From: Eledone cirrhosa
Lineage: Eukaryota
NCBI GenBank assembly: GCA_964016885.1
Contig: OZ024742.1
Span: 3,038,001 to 3,102,000, forward strand
Reading direction: 5' to 3'
Length of the DNA: 64,000 nt
Part shown: positions 29,299-46,007 of the stretch, one piece after another
Layout of the letters: the number at the start of each line of letters is the position of its first letter
Numbering within the stretch: the stretch's first letter is position 1
The notes under the pieces: model-generated
What the model saw: only the letters and a program-made list of their open reading frames with translations
The model's database searches: none
Told to the model about the DNA's origin: nothing
Translations under genes and position numbers: made by a program

Positions 29299-30820
29299 AT
29301 ACCAATAAATTTGAAGACTAAAATCCAAAGAGGGCTCGATAAGGATAAATATATATCAAATATATAAGAATCGTAGAGCAAATATTTATTAAAATAACAG
29401 ATTAAAGTTTAAGCAAAGAATCGCTGCTTTCACCATTAACGGGATCTTCTGAAACTAACAAAGTCAATCTGTGAACACAGAAGTGAATATTTCAAAAAAC
29501 GTTTCAACCGGAGGAAGACAGGAAGATGATACTTTGGTTCGTGGAAACGTTCCCTGGCAAAGAACGGAAAAAAGCGAATATAATACGTCATTATTTGGAC
29601 CGGTGAAAAACGCAAAGACAAAACCACGTTTATGGTATAAAAGAAGTCGTAGACTAATATTCTATTAGGTGGTTCATAGAGACGTTCTCTGGGAATGAAT
29701 GAAAAAAAACGAAGATAATACGTCATATGTGGAGCGTGGAGAACAATTGCACGCAAAGACAAAACCACGTAAATGGTATAACTGAAGTCATAGACTAAAA
29801 TTCTAACTATGAAACCGCAAGAATCTCGGCTTCAGAGTAAAGAATAAGTATATAAAATACAGAGGTAATTGAAATTAAATAAATACATACACGCATCCAT
29901 ACAATAGCATACGCGAAAACATTCGCGATTGGTATACAAATACACGCACATATGTGTGTGTGTGTGTGTGCGTGTATACAAATAATTAAATACGTATATA
30001 ACAAGCGCACACACATACCTACATGTAAATACACATATGTTCGGATACGACGTCAACCATAACACGAAGTACACATATACACACATCCTACATACGTACG
30101 AACCCGCATACTCACACAGACGCAAAACTCACGTATACACATAACCAAAAGCATATGTACCAGAATATATAAAATATACGTCATAACATATACAATCCAA
30201 TATACGTTCGAGAAAGTATACGTACCTTCACAAAACATACAGATAATATATACTTACCTATACAAAAAAGTAATGGTATAAACATAACATATACTTAGCT
30301 ACCACATCAAGACGTAAAATATATGCGCATAGATCGTACTATCCGTTAGGGTATAATGTCGGGCTGTAATAAAGGAAAGTTTTGTGCAATTTATGTTTAC
30401 AAGCCGAAATTGCCTCAGATTTTTTGTTTAAGATGTGGTCTTTGACGTAGAATATTAGTCTAGGACTTCTTTTATACCATAAACGTGGTTTTGTCTTTGC
30501 GTGTAATTGTTTTTCACCGCTCCAAATAATGACGTATTTATATTCGTTTTTTCCATTTCTTTGCCAGGGAACGTTTCCACGAACCAAAGTATCGTCTTCC
30601 TGTCTTCCCCCGGTTGCAACATTTTTGAAATATTCACTTCTGCGTTTACAGATTGACTTTGTTAGTTTCAGAAGATCCCGTTAATGGTGAAAGCAGCGAT
30701 TCTTTGCTTAAACTTTAATCTGTTATTTAATAAATATTTGCTCTACAATTCTTATATATTTGATATATATTTATCCTTATCGAGCCCTCTTTGGATTTTA
30801 GTCTTCACATTTATTATTAT

Positions 30821-30822
<2 letters not shown>
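29296..30822 (-). mobile_element. Naiad-like PLE 3' fragment with inverted pLTR (30451-30822)
   Basis: GIY-YIG end LNKKSEAISACKHK at 30339-30450; UTR contains a ~125-bp internal duplication; hammerhead at 29406-29456 (-). Confidence 0.88.
30664..30714 (+). ncRNA. Hammerhead motif (family G); copies at 29406-29456 (-), 32635-32685 (+), deleted version at ~30977-31016 (-)
   Basis: agttt-CAGAAGA-tccc(gttaa)(t/g)ggt-GAAA-gca(9 nt)tgc-TT-aaact. Confidence 0.65.
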
Positions 30823-30865
<43 letters not shown>

Positions 30866-30874
<9 letters not shown>

Positions 30875-31638
30875 AAATAAAATTGAAGACTAAAATCCAA
30901 AGAGGGCTCGATAAGGATAAATATATATCAAATATATAAGAACCGTAGAGCAAATATTTATTAAATAACAGATTAAAGTTTAAGCAAAGAATCACCATTA
31001 ATGGGATCATCTGAAATAAAAAAAAGTCAATCTATGAACGCAGAAGTAAATATTTCAAAAAACGTTGCAACCGTAGGAAGATAGGAAAACGATACTTTGG
31101 TTGGTGGAGACGTTCCCTTGCAAAGAACGGGGTAAAAAATAACAATACGTTATTATTTGGAGCGGTGAGAACAATTACACGCAAAGACAAAACTATGTTT
31201 ATGGTATAAATGAAGTCGTAGACTAATATTCTATTTAGGTGGTTCGTGGCGACGTTTCCTGGCAATGAACGGAAAAACGAAGATAATACGTCATTATGTG
31301 GAGCAGAGAGAATAATTGCACGCAAAGACAAAATCACGTTTATGAAATAAATGAAGTCGTAGACTAAAATTCTATTTAGGAAACCAAATGAATCTCGGCT
31401 TCAGAGTTAAGAATAATGTAAATAAATTACAGAGGTTATTGAAATCAACAATAATTAAATATATACATGCACGCACCCATATATGTACATACACATGCGT
31501 ACGCGAAAACACCCGCTATGGGCATGCATATAGAATCACGTACATAAAAACACGCGCACACATACAAAAACCCACGCAACGCCTGTACCCGCACACATAC
31601 GAACGTATACACCAAATACACATAAAAATATATATAAA

Positions 31639-31671
<33 letters not shown>

Positions 31672-32706
31672 CGTGTATACATATAGTTATATAAACGAAT
31701 ATAAATATACACACATAAATACGTATATATAACACGCGCACACACATACCTACATGTAAATACACATATGTTCGCTAAACTACGTCAACCAAAACACAAA
31801 GTACACATATACACACACCCTACATACGTGCAAACCCGCATATACACACAAACACAAAACTCACGTATACACATAACCATATACACATGTACCAGTATAT
31901 ATAATATAATATATACACCTATAACAAATACAAGCCAATATACGTACGAGAAAGTATACGTACCTTCACAAAACATACAGGTAATATATACTTACCTATA
32001 CAAATAAGTAATCGTATAAACATAAAATATACTTAGCTACCACATCAAGACGTAAATTAACCGCGTATAATTCGTACTATCCGTTAGGGTATAATGTGGG
32101 GCTGTAATGCAGGAAAGGTTTGTGCAATTTATGTTTACAAGCCGAAATTGCCTCAGATTTTTTGTTTAAGAAGTGGTCATTGGCGTAGAGTATTTCCAGG
32201 GCTTCAGCGGCGCAGAGGTCACATGGTCTTTTATTTCCGTTATACGATCTAGCCTAAGCTAGGATCTCCGAGTGTAACCTATATTGGGTGTGGTTGTCTT
32301 TTAGACTCTAGATATAAGCTGAAAGTGACGTCATATTTCTTCTTAAAGGGTTAAGAAAAGAATGGGTATGCATGTAAAGACGCTGCTTGAATCTATTGGC
32401 GCTTAACCCTATGTAGGCCCTACGGGACGTGGGTGTTTCAACCTTACATTTGTAAACAATGCTACTAGAGAAGCATTTCCCGGAAAGGGGCAGTCAGCCC
32501 GATTCCTACAATTACAGTTACTACTAGCTGCAGGGTTGCACGTGTTCCTACGGCTAAAGTATCGTCTTCCTGTCTTCCTTCGGTTGCAACGTTTTTCGAA
32601 ATATTTACTTCTGCGTTCACAGATTGATTTTTTTAGTTTCAGAAGATCCCGTTAAGGGTGAAAGCATTGATTCTTTGCTTCAACTTTAATCTGTTATTTA
32701 ATAAAT
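30866..32706 (-). mobile_element. Second copy of the same PLE family with GIY-YIG (32078-32550) and inverted pLTR piece (32555-32706)
   Basis: Minus translation CNCRNRADCPFPGKC..IVYKC..AYIGLS..FKQR..CDLCAAE..LNKKSE, with stops. Confidence 0.88.
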
Positions 32707-32756
32707 ATATATATATATATATATATTACACAGATACATACATATATATTACACAG

Positions 32757-32815
<59 letters not shown>

Positions 32816-33702
32816 GCAACGATGTTTCAGCAAAGCGTATATGTGCTACCAGAGAAGTTTCACGCTGCTCCAGTTTACCCAGCTGATGAAATGAGTTACA
32901 ATGTCACTGGTACCAAACCGTATTTCCCTTTATATTCACCTTGGACAACATGGGTTGCTTAGAGCGGGGGAAACCTTGGACAACATAGGTGGCGTGGAGA
33001 GGGCGAGACTGACATGCATTGTTGACAGCTAGTCTTGTGCCTCAGGAGGATCTGTCCCGATGCAAGTCCCATAGTCATTTCCGACCGAGGGAAATTCCTT
33101 GGTACGTAATATATATTTGAAAAAAGAGAAGAATGAATTCACTGGTGGTTGGTAAACGTGAATAGTTGAAATATTATCAGTCATTAATATTACTTCTAAA
33201 ATCAATATCGACTTACTGTAAAGGTTCCAAGTTTTAAAGAATAGCAAGCGCCAGTGAAGTTGTTCTTCATATAGAACGGAAGGCAAGTAAGGTAGTCATT
33301 GCATTGAATAAAGTAGTTAGTCTTCTGCGATGTTTCTTACACCGCTTTTCCAGACGTAAACGATGCTTCTACATTTAATATTTTCATTATAGCAGCTTTT
33401 TCATAATAAATGCAAATATATTGCACATTTCGAACTTATCCAATTTCCTATCAGTTTCCACACACAAATAAATAAATGTATGTATATATATATATGTGTT
33501 TATATATGTGTGTGTGTGTGTATGTATGGCTGTAGTAGATACAAAAGAGACCGTATTTAGTTCATAATAATAATAATGCACATGTTAATTGTATAGACTT
33601 TAATATAAACTATATATATGTATGTATACACATGCACGCACACATGTATATATATTATATATATTATATATACATATATTTATACACACACACACAGACA
33701 CC

Positions 33703-33760
<58 letters not shown>

Positions 33761-33839
33761 AATAGTTAGAAGAAGGTATCGAGTTAATTGTTAAAAGCTG
33801 CGGTCTTTGTTTGTATCCCTCACACTGTTTCTCTCTAGA

Positions 33840-34640
33840 TGAAAGACCTGTTAGCCATTACAAACTCCTTCACGGATGACACTCACCTTTATTCTTCTAA
33901 CTTTCTATAACACAGCATCATCTCTATGAAATCTCATTGCATCACACTAATTCTGCAATGATTCCATGAACAAACACCTCAAAACAGACTCGTCTTTTTA
34001 AACCTCAAATAAGGGAATGACATGAGCATTGCTCATTTCAATAAAATACTACCACCTCTCATCATTCAGCATGAGCAGCTTACACTTAAAGCCCTCACAA
34101 TCGCTACACACGCTAAATCTCACAACTTCTGAGGATTTCACAAGGCAAACACATATCCATGCATGACATTGCAAGGACCACATCAATGTTTGGCCTTTCT
34201 CAGGGTAAGAAAATACTCCAGACACTAGTAGTTATTGACTCATATAGTAACCACAATGAACTAATACTCCCACATCTGGGAATGGTGCTGCTCACATTAA
34301 CTGAAACCACATTCGTAGAAAAAATATCACCACTTGGCTAACTTTTATAAATTCATTCAAAGACTCACCAGCCTTTGACCAACAAATACAAAGTCTCAGC
34401 ATTCTGCCTCTTCTAACGGTACTACAATGGTCTCCATTGCCTTCATGCTACCTCCACTCAAACATTTCCCACTTCTTTGCCTCTTCTATCCTCAGGTTTT
34501 AGCCTAAATCAACCGGTGTCACCAGCCTAACAACAAGACCCACGATTTCCTGTCCAGAACCTCAGAACATCCCACTCTATTCACACATTTCTAAAGGAAG
34601 CTGACTTGCAACAGTTTAAGCTGAACATTAACAGAATCAC
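33840..34640 (+). pseudogene. Ancient decayed CR1-group (Zenon-like) LINE RT 3' fragment
   Basis: Remnant motifs SFTDDTHL, SHIW-(G)GAA, KVSAFCLF*RYYNG. Confidence 0.55.
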
Positions 34641-35278
34641 CCTCTCTGGTACTGAAGAGGCTGGAAAACAACAGACCTACTAAAATAAAATAAAGAAATC
34701 ATTTTTGCAGTGATTCTAGGTGATAAGGTGGTTCTGACAACAGGTTTCCGGAATGCACAATATCTTAAATTAAAATACAATATTTCTACTTTTTATATTA
34801 AAAAAAGAAAATATTATATCAACGAATAAAATGAAATTACATTAAGGACATATAAAATAGACAAAATTATATAAGACATGACATAGTCAGATTTAAGTTA
34901 TTGGGAAACCAAGAACACTAACGCCCTCTTGTGGGGGAAATGAAAGGGAGCAGTTATTATTAAGCAAACAATTTAAATATAGTTAAAATGACATTGATTA
35001 TATGTTTCTACACTAGCGTTACTCAGCAGTTCAGATGGAGCAAAGAGAATTCAAACAGTTAATAAACCTTTCTCATATATTTTAGTGCGAGACAAAATTA
35101 TTACACTAAAGAATTTAAGATTTGAATTAATTTGAAACAGTAAGGGAATGATTTGTCCCTTACAACAAAAACGCTAGGAACCACCATTCCCACGCGTCTC
35201 CACAGCCATAAATCGTTGCATATGCATATACAATAAAACAATGAATATTTATTTATTGCATAGACACACACACAGATT

Positions 35279-35325
<47 letters not shown>

Positions 35326-35327
<2 letters not shown>

Positions 35328-35424
35328 GGGTGTCCCAAAAATGTATACACACTTCAACAGCATTCTAATAGATATTGCCTATACAGGTAATCAAAGTGGG
35401 TATACATTTTGGAGGAACACCCTG
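35326..35424. mobile_element. ~100-bp Tc1/mariner-type MITE
   Basis: TIRs cagggtgtcccaaaaatgtatacacactt / aagtgggtatacattttggaggaacaccctg; TA on the left flank. Confidence 0.75.
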
Positions 35425-35425
35425 G

Positions 35426-35565
<140 letters not shown>

Positions 35566-35916
35566 ACTTTAATTCCTCCGGACCTTCATCATCATCAACA
35601 CTCATTAACACCACACGCCACACCCAGACATCCAAATCTCTCTTATATATAGTCACATATTTCAACACAAACTGATCTCAGTTTGACAATCGCCACAGAC
35701 AGACGAATGTGAGAAAGTTCTCCAACCCAAGTTAACCAGGAATCTCTAAAATTCTTCCCACCGAAGTTAACAAAGAACTTACTGGATCTACCAACTCATA
35801 ATATTATAATATTATATTATAACATTAAATCATAAAAATGTTTAACACTACAAGTGAAGTCATTACTTTCCTTCTTTTCTAATATACTTACCTGTACCAA
35901 GGATCTCACACATTTT

Positions 35917-35974
<58 letters not shown>

Positions 35975-35983
<9 letters not shown>

Positions 35984-36218
35984 GTTCTTCTGGTTTTATA
36001 ATTTCACAAATTTTTACCAATAGAGAGAGAGTCGGTTTCTAACATAGACACAAGACTCTCTCATTGGAATTTACACATCAACTAGGTAGATTATGTCTGC
36101 ATGTCTGCATGTGTAGATATGGATGTTATTGTATGTGTGGCTGTGGATGTTTTGAGTTGTATGTGTGCATGTGTATATGCTTTGTATCTGTACATGTGTA
36201 TATGCAGTTATTAGATGC
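35975..36218 (-). mobile_element. 3' UTR fragment of the R4/Dong-like family at 46006-48004
   Basis: Reverse complement of ~47805-48004 (gtaaattccaatgagagagtcttgtgtctatgttagaa...ccagaagaacatac). Confidence 0.85.
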
Positions 36219-36253
36219 AATGTATGTATGTATGTATGTATGTATGTATGTAT

Positions 36254-36863
36254 GTCAGGTCACCAGTTGGTGCTACTGGTAACATGTATCCCAGTACAAC
36301 CTGTATCATGGTCGGGTCGTTGGCGACTAAACTGGCAACCCCACCAAGGTTTCTTGGTGAGGAGGGTGACTTTGGACATCCTGCAGGACTAAAAACAAAA
36401 CCTGTCAAAGGGCAAGGGAGCTCTTAAGACTCAATAGCCATCCAAAATCACCGGGAGAGATGACCCCTTAGCCTTTGTCAAGGCAGAATTCTAGGAGAAG
36501 GAAAACTCTGATATAACACCTGCAACCCTGATGGTATCCAATGATGTTGACTTGTTCTTCTTTTTGGTAAATATCATCTTGGTTAAGAGAGTGGGACTGG
36601 CTTTGTGCAGTGCCTTTGCTCACTATAAAAGCTTCACAGCACAGGCATTGCTTTATATCTGGAGATCTCTCTGCACTTGTCATCACATGGTACCATGGGC
36701 CCTGCACTATGTGTCAATAATGGTCACAAGTGTAGTCTTTGTACCAGAGTTTTCAAGTCGCTGGCTGGACTAAAAAGTCACATTCGTTCAGTGCATCGGT
36801 AGGGATTCTCCTACATGGATATAAAGTAGTGGCCGTACTCGAAAACGAGTTGGCAGCCACCAT
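36254..36863 (+). mobile_element. ~600-bp RTE-derived non-autonomous retroelement, copy 1
   Basis: RTE-like 5' UTR motifs joined to a 3' end encoding [15 protein letters not shown] and tail ggccgtactcgaaaacgagttggcagccaccat. Confidence 0.8.
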
Positions 36864-40345
<3,482 letters not shown>

Positions 40346-40947
40346 GTCAGGTCACCAGTTGGTGCTACTGGTAACATGTATCCCAGTACAACCTGTCCCA
40401 TGGTCGGGTCGTTGGCGACTAAACTGGCAACCCCACCAAGGTTTCTTGGTGAGGAGGGTGACTTTGGACATCCTGCAGGACTAAAAACAAAACCTGGCAA
40501 AGGAGCTCTTAAGAGTCAATGGCCATCCAAAATCACCGGGAGAGATGACCCCTTAGCCTTTGTCAAGGCAGAATTCTAAGAGAAGGAAAACTCTGATATA
40601 ACACCTGCAACCCTGATGGTATCCAATGATGTTGACTTATTCTTCTTTTTGGTAAATATCATCTTGGTTAAGAGAGTGGGACTGGCTTTGTGCAGTGCCT
40701 TTGCTCACTATAAAAGCTTCACGGCACAGGCATTGCTTTATATCTGGAGATCTCTCTACACTTGTCGTCACATGGTACCAAAGGCCCAACACTATGTGTC
40801 AATAATTGTCACAGGTGTAGTGTTTGTACCAGAGTTTTCAAGTCGCTGGCTGGACTAAAAGTCACACTTGTTTAGCGCATCGGTGGGGGTTCTCCTACAT
40901 GGATATAAAGTAGTGGCCGTACTCGAAAACGAGTTGGCAGCCACCAT
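40346..40947 (+). mobile_element. ~600-bp RTE-derived element, copy 2
   Basis: Highly similar to 36254-36863; followed by (ATGT)n. Confidence 0.8.
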
Positions 40948-41617
40948 GTATGTATGTATGTATGTATGTATGTATGTGTATGTATGTATGTATGTATGTA
41001 TACACACATACCCACATATATTGTTATATATTATCTTTTGACATTGAAGAAGTGAAGCGAACATGATGTGAAATACAGAAGCTGATGATCCAACGATGAA
41101 ACCTGGACAGGGAGAAGGAAATAAAAATCATGTTTCAATCTTATTTATCTGATATTTTTTGTTATTTTCTTTTAATTACTGAATTTTTCAGCAATTTACA
41201 ACCTTTCATTTAATGAATGTGCTGGTAATTCTGATTGTATTGCCGTTGTTGTGTTGATTGCATTATTATTGTTGTTGTTGTGATATTGATATAGTTCCCG
41301 TTTATTGCTGTTGGCGTTGATGTTCATCAAATGTGTGTACGATTATTTAAATCATACCTTTCTATGGTTGTCAATTTCCTGTCAGTTGCAATGATAACGC
41401 ACGAGAAAGTAAAAGTGAGGTTCATCATAAGACTGTGATTGTTGATACTGTTGTGAAGACACCATCAACAACCATGTTTTGGATGGGGGTGGCTTTGGAA
41501 TGATATTAAGGTCTTGCGGGGGTTGGGAAGTGAGGTTGTTTTTTAATTTAAAAAAAAAATTTAATATAATATTTTCAAATTGAAAACGTGAAACATATTT
41601 TATCAAGCTAAGAGATA

Positions 41618-41781
41618 TTAAAGTTCTACATCGTGATCGTCAAATTCATTGCCAACACTGTCTAAAGTCTGTGTACTAACACTGTGTCCGTTAAAACTTT
41701 GTGTTTGTGTTGCATTTGTTGACCGGCTATATACGCTACTGAATGAACTGGAACGCCTCAAACGCTGCGTCATTTCTACCT
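41618..41781 (-). CDS. Putative terminal coding exon of an unidentified host gene
   Basis: Strong acceptor ttttgttttcttttacag|AG; open non-repetitive frame (E)VEMTQRLRRSSSFSS...GNEFDDHDVEL*; followed by unique UTR-like DNA. Confidence 0.5.
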
Positions 41782-41962
41782 CTGTAAAAGAAAACAAAAA
41801 CATAAGATATATAAATATATGTATATTTATATAGATATACTCAAATGCATGCGTATATAAATGTAATGAAGATCTAACACATCATCATTTTTATTACACA
41901 CACACACACATACATATATATATATAGTTTAGGGATCGTAACGTCAAGCGCGTGTAAGTATG

Positions 41963-42019
41963 TTTTCTCTGATGAACCTGTGAGTTCACAAGTGAAACTC
42001 AAGAGGTGTCCTCAAAAAA
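41963..42019 (+). ncRNA. Decayed hammerhead motif in a solo pLTR-like fragment (~41925-42155)
   Basis: ttttct-CTGATGA-acctgtga(gt)tcacaagt-GAAA-ctcaagag; cleavage-site region disrupted. Confidence 0.5.
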
Positions 42020-42164
42020 TCTGACGCACGTATTTGTTATGTATGGCTGCGGTGACAACAGAAATATATATAAGCTGGCTGGATTCTGCAAGGCAGCTGT
42101 CAGTGATTTGAGGACACGTGGGACAACTCAAATCAGACTGCTGTAGGGTCGTATATATATTAAA

Positions 42165-42218
<54 letters not shown>

Positions 42219-42221
<3 letters not shown>

Positions 42222-45117
42222 TTGGGGAGGCTCATATTTGTGTAATATTGCCAGAATTAATAACAGAACACACTCACTGTTTGGTTGGTTTTCGCTCCTC
42301 GCTTCTGTGTCTTTTATATCGGTAATCTAATATACGCGGTCCTCAATGTTGCCATTGACTGACCGGCGGTCAAAAATAATACAGATACAATATAGACACA
42401 AACACATATATATAGTTTATCATAAATCTTTCCTTGCACATCTGCAACATCGTCAGTGGTACTATATTTTCCTCCTGTTGTATTGTATGTCTACGCCATT
42501 TTTATTCAGTCTGTCTATATATTTATTTATTTCTTTTCTTGTTGGTTTATTTTTTTATTTTATTATTTTTTTTTATTTTGTCTTCTTTGCGCATGCGTTT
42601 GCGTGTGTGTATAGTGATGTGGACTGACATCCTAATGCCAAGCAGACGCACTGCCAACAACTTCCAGGCGTCTAACAATGGCATACCACCCTTGTATGGG
42701 CTCCGCAATGACCACAAGACACTCGACGACCCGACAACAGGACCACCAACAAGACCCGTATGCGGAGCTAATATAGCTAGCAACTACAGGATCTCCTACT
42801 TCCTCTCAATGGTTATACGCCCCATAATTAAGATGTCCCCAGATGTATGTGACAGTACAGAGGACCTCCTCAGCAGAATCAGTGAGTGCAACAAAAACAG
42901 GAACCTATCCAACTGCATAATAGGCAGCATGGATGTACCCATCCATTAACATTGATTTTGCTGTGAAAAGATGTGTGGAGATGATCATTGAGAGTGAGGT
43001 GGAGTTCTGCAACGTCGACACAGACGAACTGGGCCTCCTACTTAGACTTACCTACGACACTGACTACCTAGACAGCCATGACCTTAGACGTTTCTGCCCT
43101 AGTAGACCTATAAGAGGTAGACCCACCACCATAACCTCAATGGCAAAAAAGACTCCCATGGGAAGGTGGATTGGGTGGACCAAAGCTATACGGACCCCTC
43201 AAAACAATGATCAGGTAAGAAAAAGGTCGCACATGCAATAGGGGCTAGTATCAAAACTACCCTAAAGGGCCACATATTTAAGTTCAACGAGAAGATCTAC
43301 ACCCAAAATGAGGGAGCAGCCATCGGCGTCAGCATAGCTAGTGATGTTGCCAACATTTTCATGGTATGGTGGGAAAGGAGACTTAAAGATCTCCTTAATG
43401 AGAGCTCCATAGACCTCATCATGTACTCTCGTTATGTAGACGATATCAATATAGATATAAGAACACCCCCACTAGAGAGCACTAACAAGTTTGATTTAGA
43501 ACGTAGCACAATGGAAAGCATCCAGCAGATAGCTAATTCCATACACCAGAGTATAACTGTAACTATCGACTTCCCTTCCAAACACCCTAACAATAGACTA
43601 CCTGTATTAGACACAGAACTCTGGATTAACACTATAGACGAGAGAGCCCAAATTCCCCACTCACACTATGCTAAACCCATGGCCTCCAAATACCTGATAC
43701 TCAAAAACTCAGCAATGTCCAGTAGTGCTAAGTTTAATAGTCTGATCGCAGATTTGGTACGAGTGATGAAGAAGGTGTCCCGCATGTGCGACCCAACAGA
43801 AATGGAAAGACACATCCAACACTTCATCAACCGCATGCAGTTCTCTGGCTACAACCAAAGAGACAAAATCAGAGTATACGAAGGAGCTATGGAGAAGTAT
43901 AAGACCCTCATAGAAATGGACATGAATGGAATTTGCCCATTATACAGGAGCATATCATGGAATAGCTTAGATAGGGCTAGACATAAGATAGGGAAAGCCA
44001 CCTCATGGTACGACAACCAGAGATACCAGAGTGTCATGTTTGTGGACGCTACCCCTGGAGGGAAATTAGCTAACCAGTGTAGAAAGGCCCTGAGAAAGAC
44101 CCACTTAAAAAAAGGTGGTAGAAAAGCCAGGAACCACCATAAAATCCCTGATCAGCAAAACCTACCCTTTTAAGAAAACCCACTGTACCAATAGGAAATG
44201 TATCATATGTAAGGTGAACCCCCGGATAAACTGTAACACTAGAAACGTAGTCTATAGCATAAGATGTACAGAGGGTACTTGCAGAAACTTGACAACAACA
44301 TACATAGGTGAGGCAGCTCGTAGCATAGGTGAAAGGATAGACCAACACTGGGGGAACTAAAAGGACGACAAAACGGGTCAGTACTATACGAACATGCTAG
44401 ACAACAACATGACCGTAACATAGACAACATAGAAATTAGAATAATATCTAAACATAGAAATGACCCAGCAGATAGGCAAATCAGAGAGGCCAGTGAAATA
44501 GAAATTAGAAGACCAAGGCTAAACAGAAAGAATGAATGGAATAACAACAACACCCAAACAAACAACACTGACCTAAGAGAAGTATAAATAAGTAAATAAA
44601 ATAAAATAAATAAATAAATACATACACAAGCACAATAACAACAATCACATAAACACCCACTAGTCACCCATCACACAGCAAACAAAACACTATACACACA
44701 CGCAAACGCATGCGCAAAGAAGACAAAATAAAAAAAAAATAAACAAACAAGCAAATAAATAAATAAATATATAGACAGACTGAATAAAAATGGCGTAGAC
44801 ATACAATACAACGGGAGGAAAATATAGCACCACTGACGATGTTGCAGATGTGCAAGGAAAGATTTATGATAAACTATATATATGTGTTTGTGTCTATATT
44901 GTATCTGTATTATTTTTGACCGTCGGTCAGTCAATGACAACATTGAGGACCGAATAAATTAGATTACCGATATAAAAGACACAGAAGCGAGAAGCGAAAA
45001 CCAACCAAACAGTGAGTGTGTTCTGTTATTAATTCTGGCAATATTACACAAATATGACCCTCCCCAAGTATAACAATATTTGTTTCGACACACAATTTCA
45101 TATAAAAAACCTCGCAA

Positions 45118-45121
<4 letters not shown>
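42219..45121 (+). mobile_element. Neptune-like PLE with ~390-bp inverted pLTR (42219-42616 / 44688-45070) and tail
   Basis: Coding 42617-44600: PPLYGLRNDHK, RPVCGA, GSMDV, YPSI, GAAIG, YSRYVDD, YIGEAAR; frameshifted. Confidence 0.92.
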
Positions 45122-45210
<89 letters not shown>

Positions 45211-45325
45211 GAGAGAAATAGATAGTTAGTTAGGTAGGCAGGTAGATAAATAGATACATACATACGAACATACATACATACATCCATCCATACATACATA
45301 CATATATACATACATACGAACATAC

Positions 45326-45903
45326 ATGGTGGCTGCCAACTCGTTTTCGAGTACGGCCACTACTTTATATCCATGTAGGAGAACCCCTACCGATGCGCTA
45401 AACGAGTGTGACTTTTTAGTCCAGCCAGCGACTTGAAAACTCTGGTACAAACACTACACTTGTGACACTTATTGGCACATAGTGCTGGGCCCATGGTATC
45501 ATGTGACGACAAGTGCAGAGAGATCTCCAGATATAAAGCAATGCCTGTGCCGTGAAGCTTTTATAGTGAGCAAAGGCACTGCACAAAGCCAGTCCCACTC
45601 TCTTAACCAAGATGATATTTACCAAAAAGAAGAACAAGTCAAAATCATTGGATGCCATCAGAGTTGCAGGTGTTATATCAGAGTTTTCCTTCACCTAGAA
45701 TTCTGCCTTGACAAAGGCTAAGGGGTCATCTCTCCCGGTGATTTTGGATGGCCATTGACTCTTAAGAGCTCCTTTGTCCTTTGACAGGTTTTGTTTTTAG
45801 TCCTGCAGGATGTTCAAAGTAACCCTCCTCACCAAGAAACCTTGGCGGGGTTACCAGTTTAGTCGCCAACGACCCGACCATGAGACAGGTTGTACTGGGA
45901 TAC
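45326..45903 (-). mobile_element. ~600-bp RTE-derived element, copy 3 (slightly 5'-truncated)
   Basis: Reverse complement of copies 1 and 2; (TATG)n-type repeats on both sides. Confidence 0.8.
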
Positions 45904-45976
45904 TGGGTTACATCCATACATACATACATACATACATACATACATACATACATACATACATACATACATACATACA

Positions 45977-46005
<29 letters not shown>

Positions 46006-46007
<2 letters not shown>

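Noticed and set aside
32870-32915. CTGATGA as a hammerhead core
   Set aside because: It is the reverse complement of the SINE body seen at 9110-9155; there are no stems or GAAA partner.
33029-33101. Possible plus-strand exon bounded by cag/gtacgt; also isolated gtaagt donors near 21281 (+) and 35885 (-)
   Set aside because: No supporting reading-frame or homology evidence.
36254-36380. HDV-like ribozyme at the 5' end of the RTE-derived element
   Set aside because: Several hairpins are present, but no consistent P1/P2/P3/P1.1 assignment could be made by eye.
41078-41115. CTGATGA...GAAA motif
   Set aside because: No credible stem I or stem II pairing.
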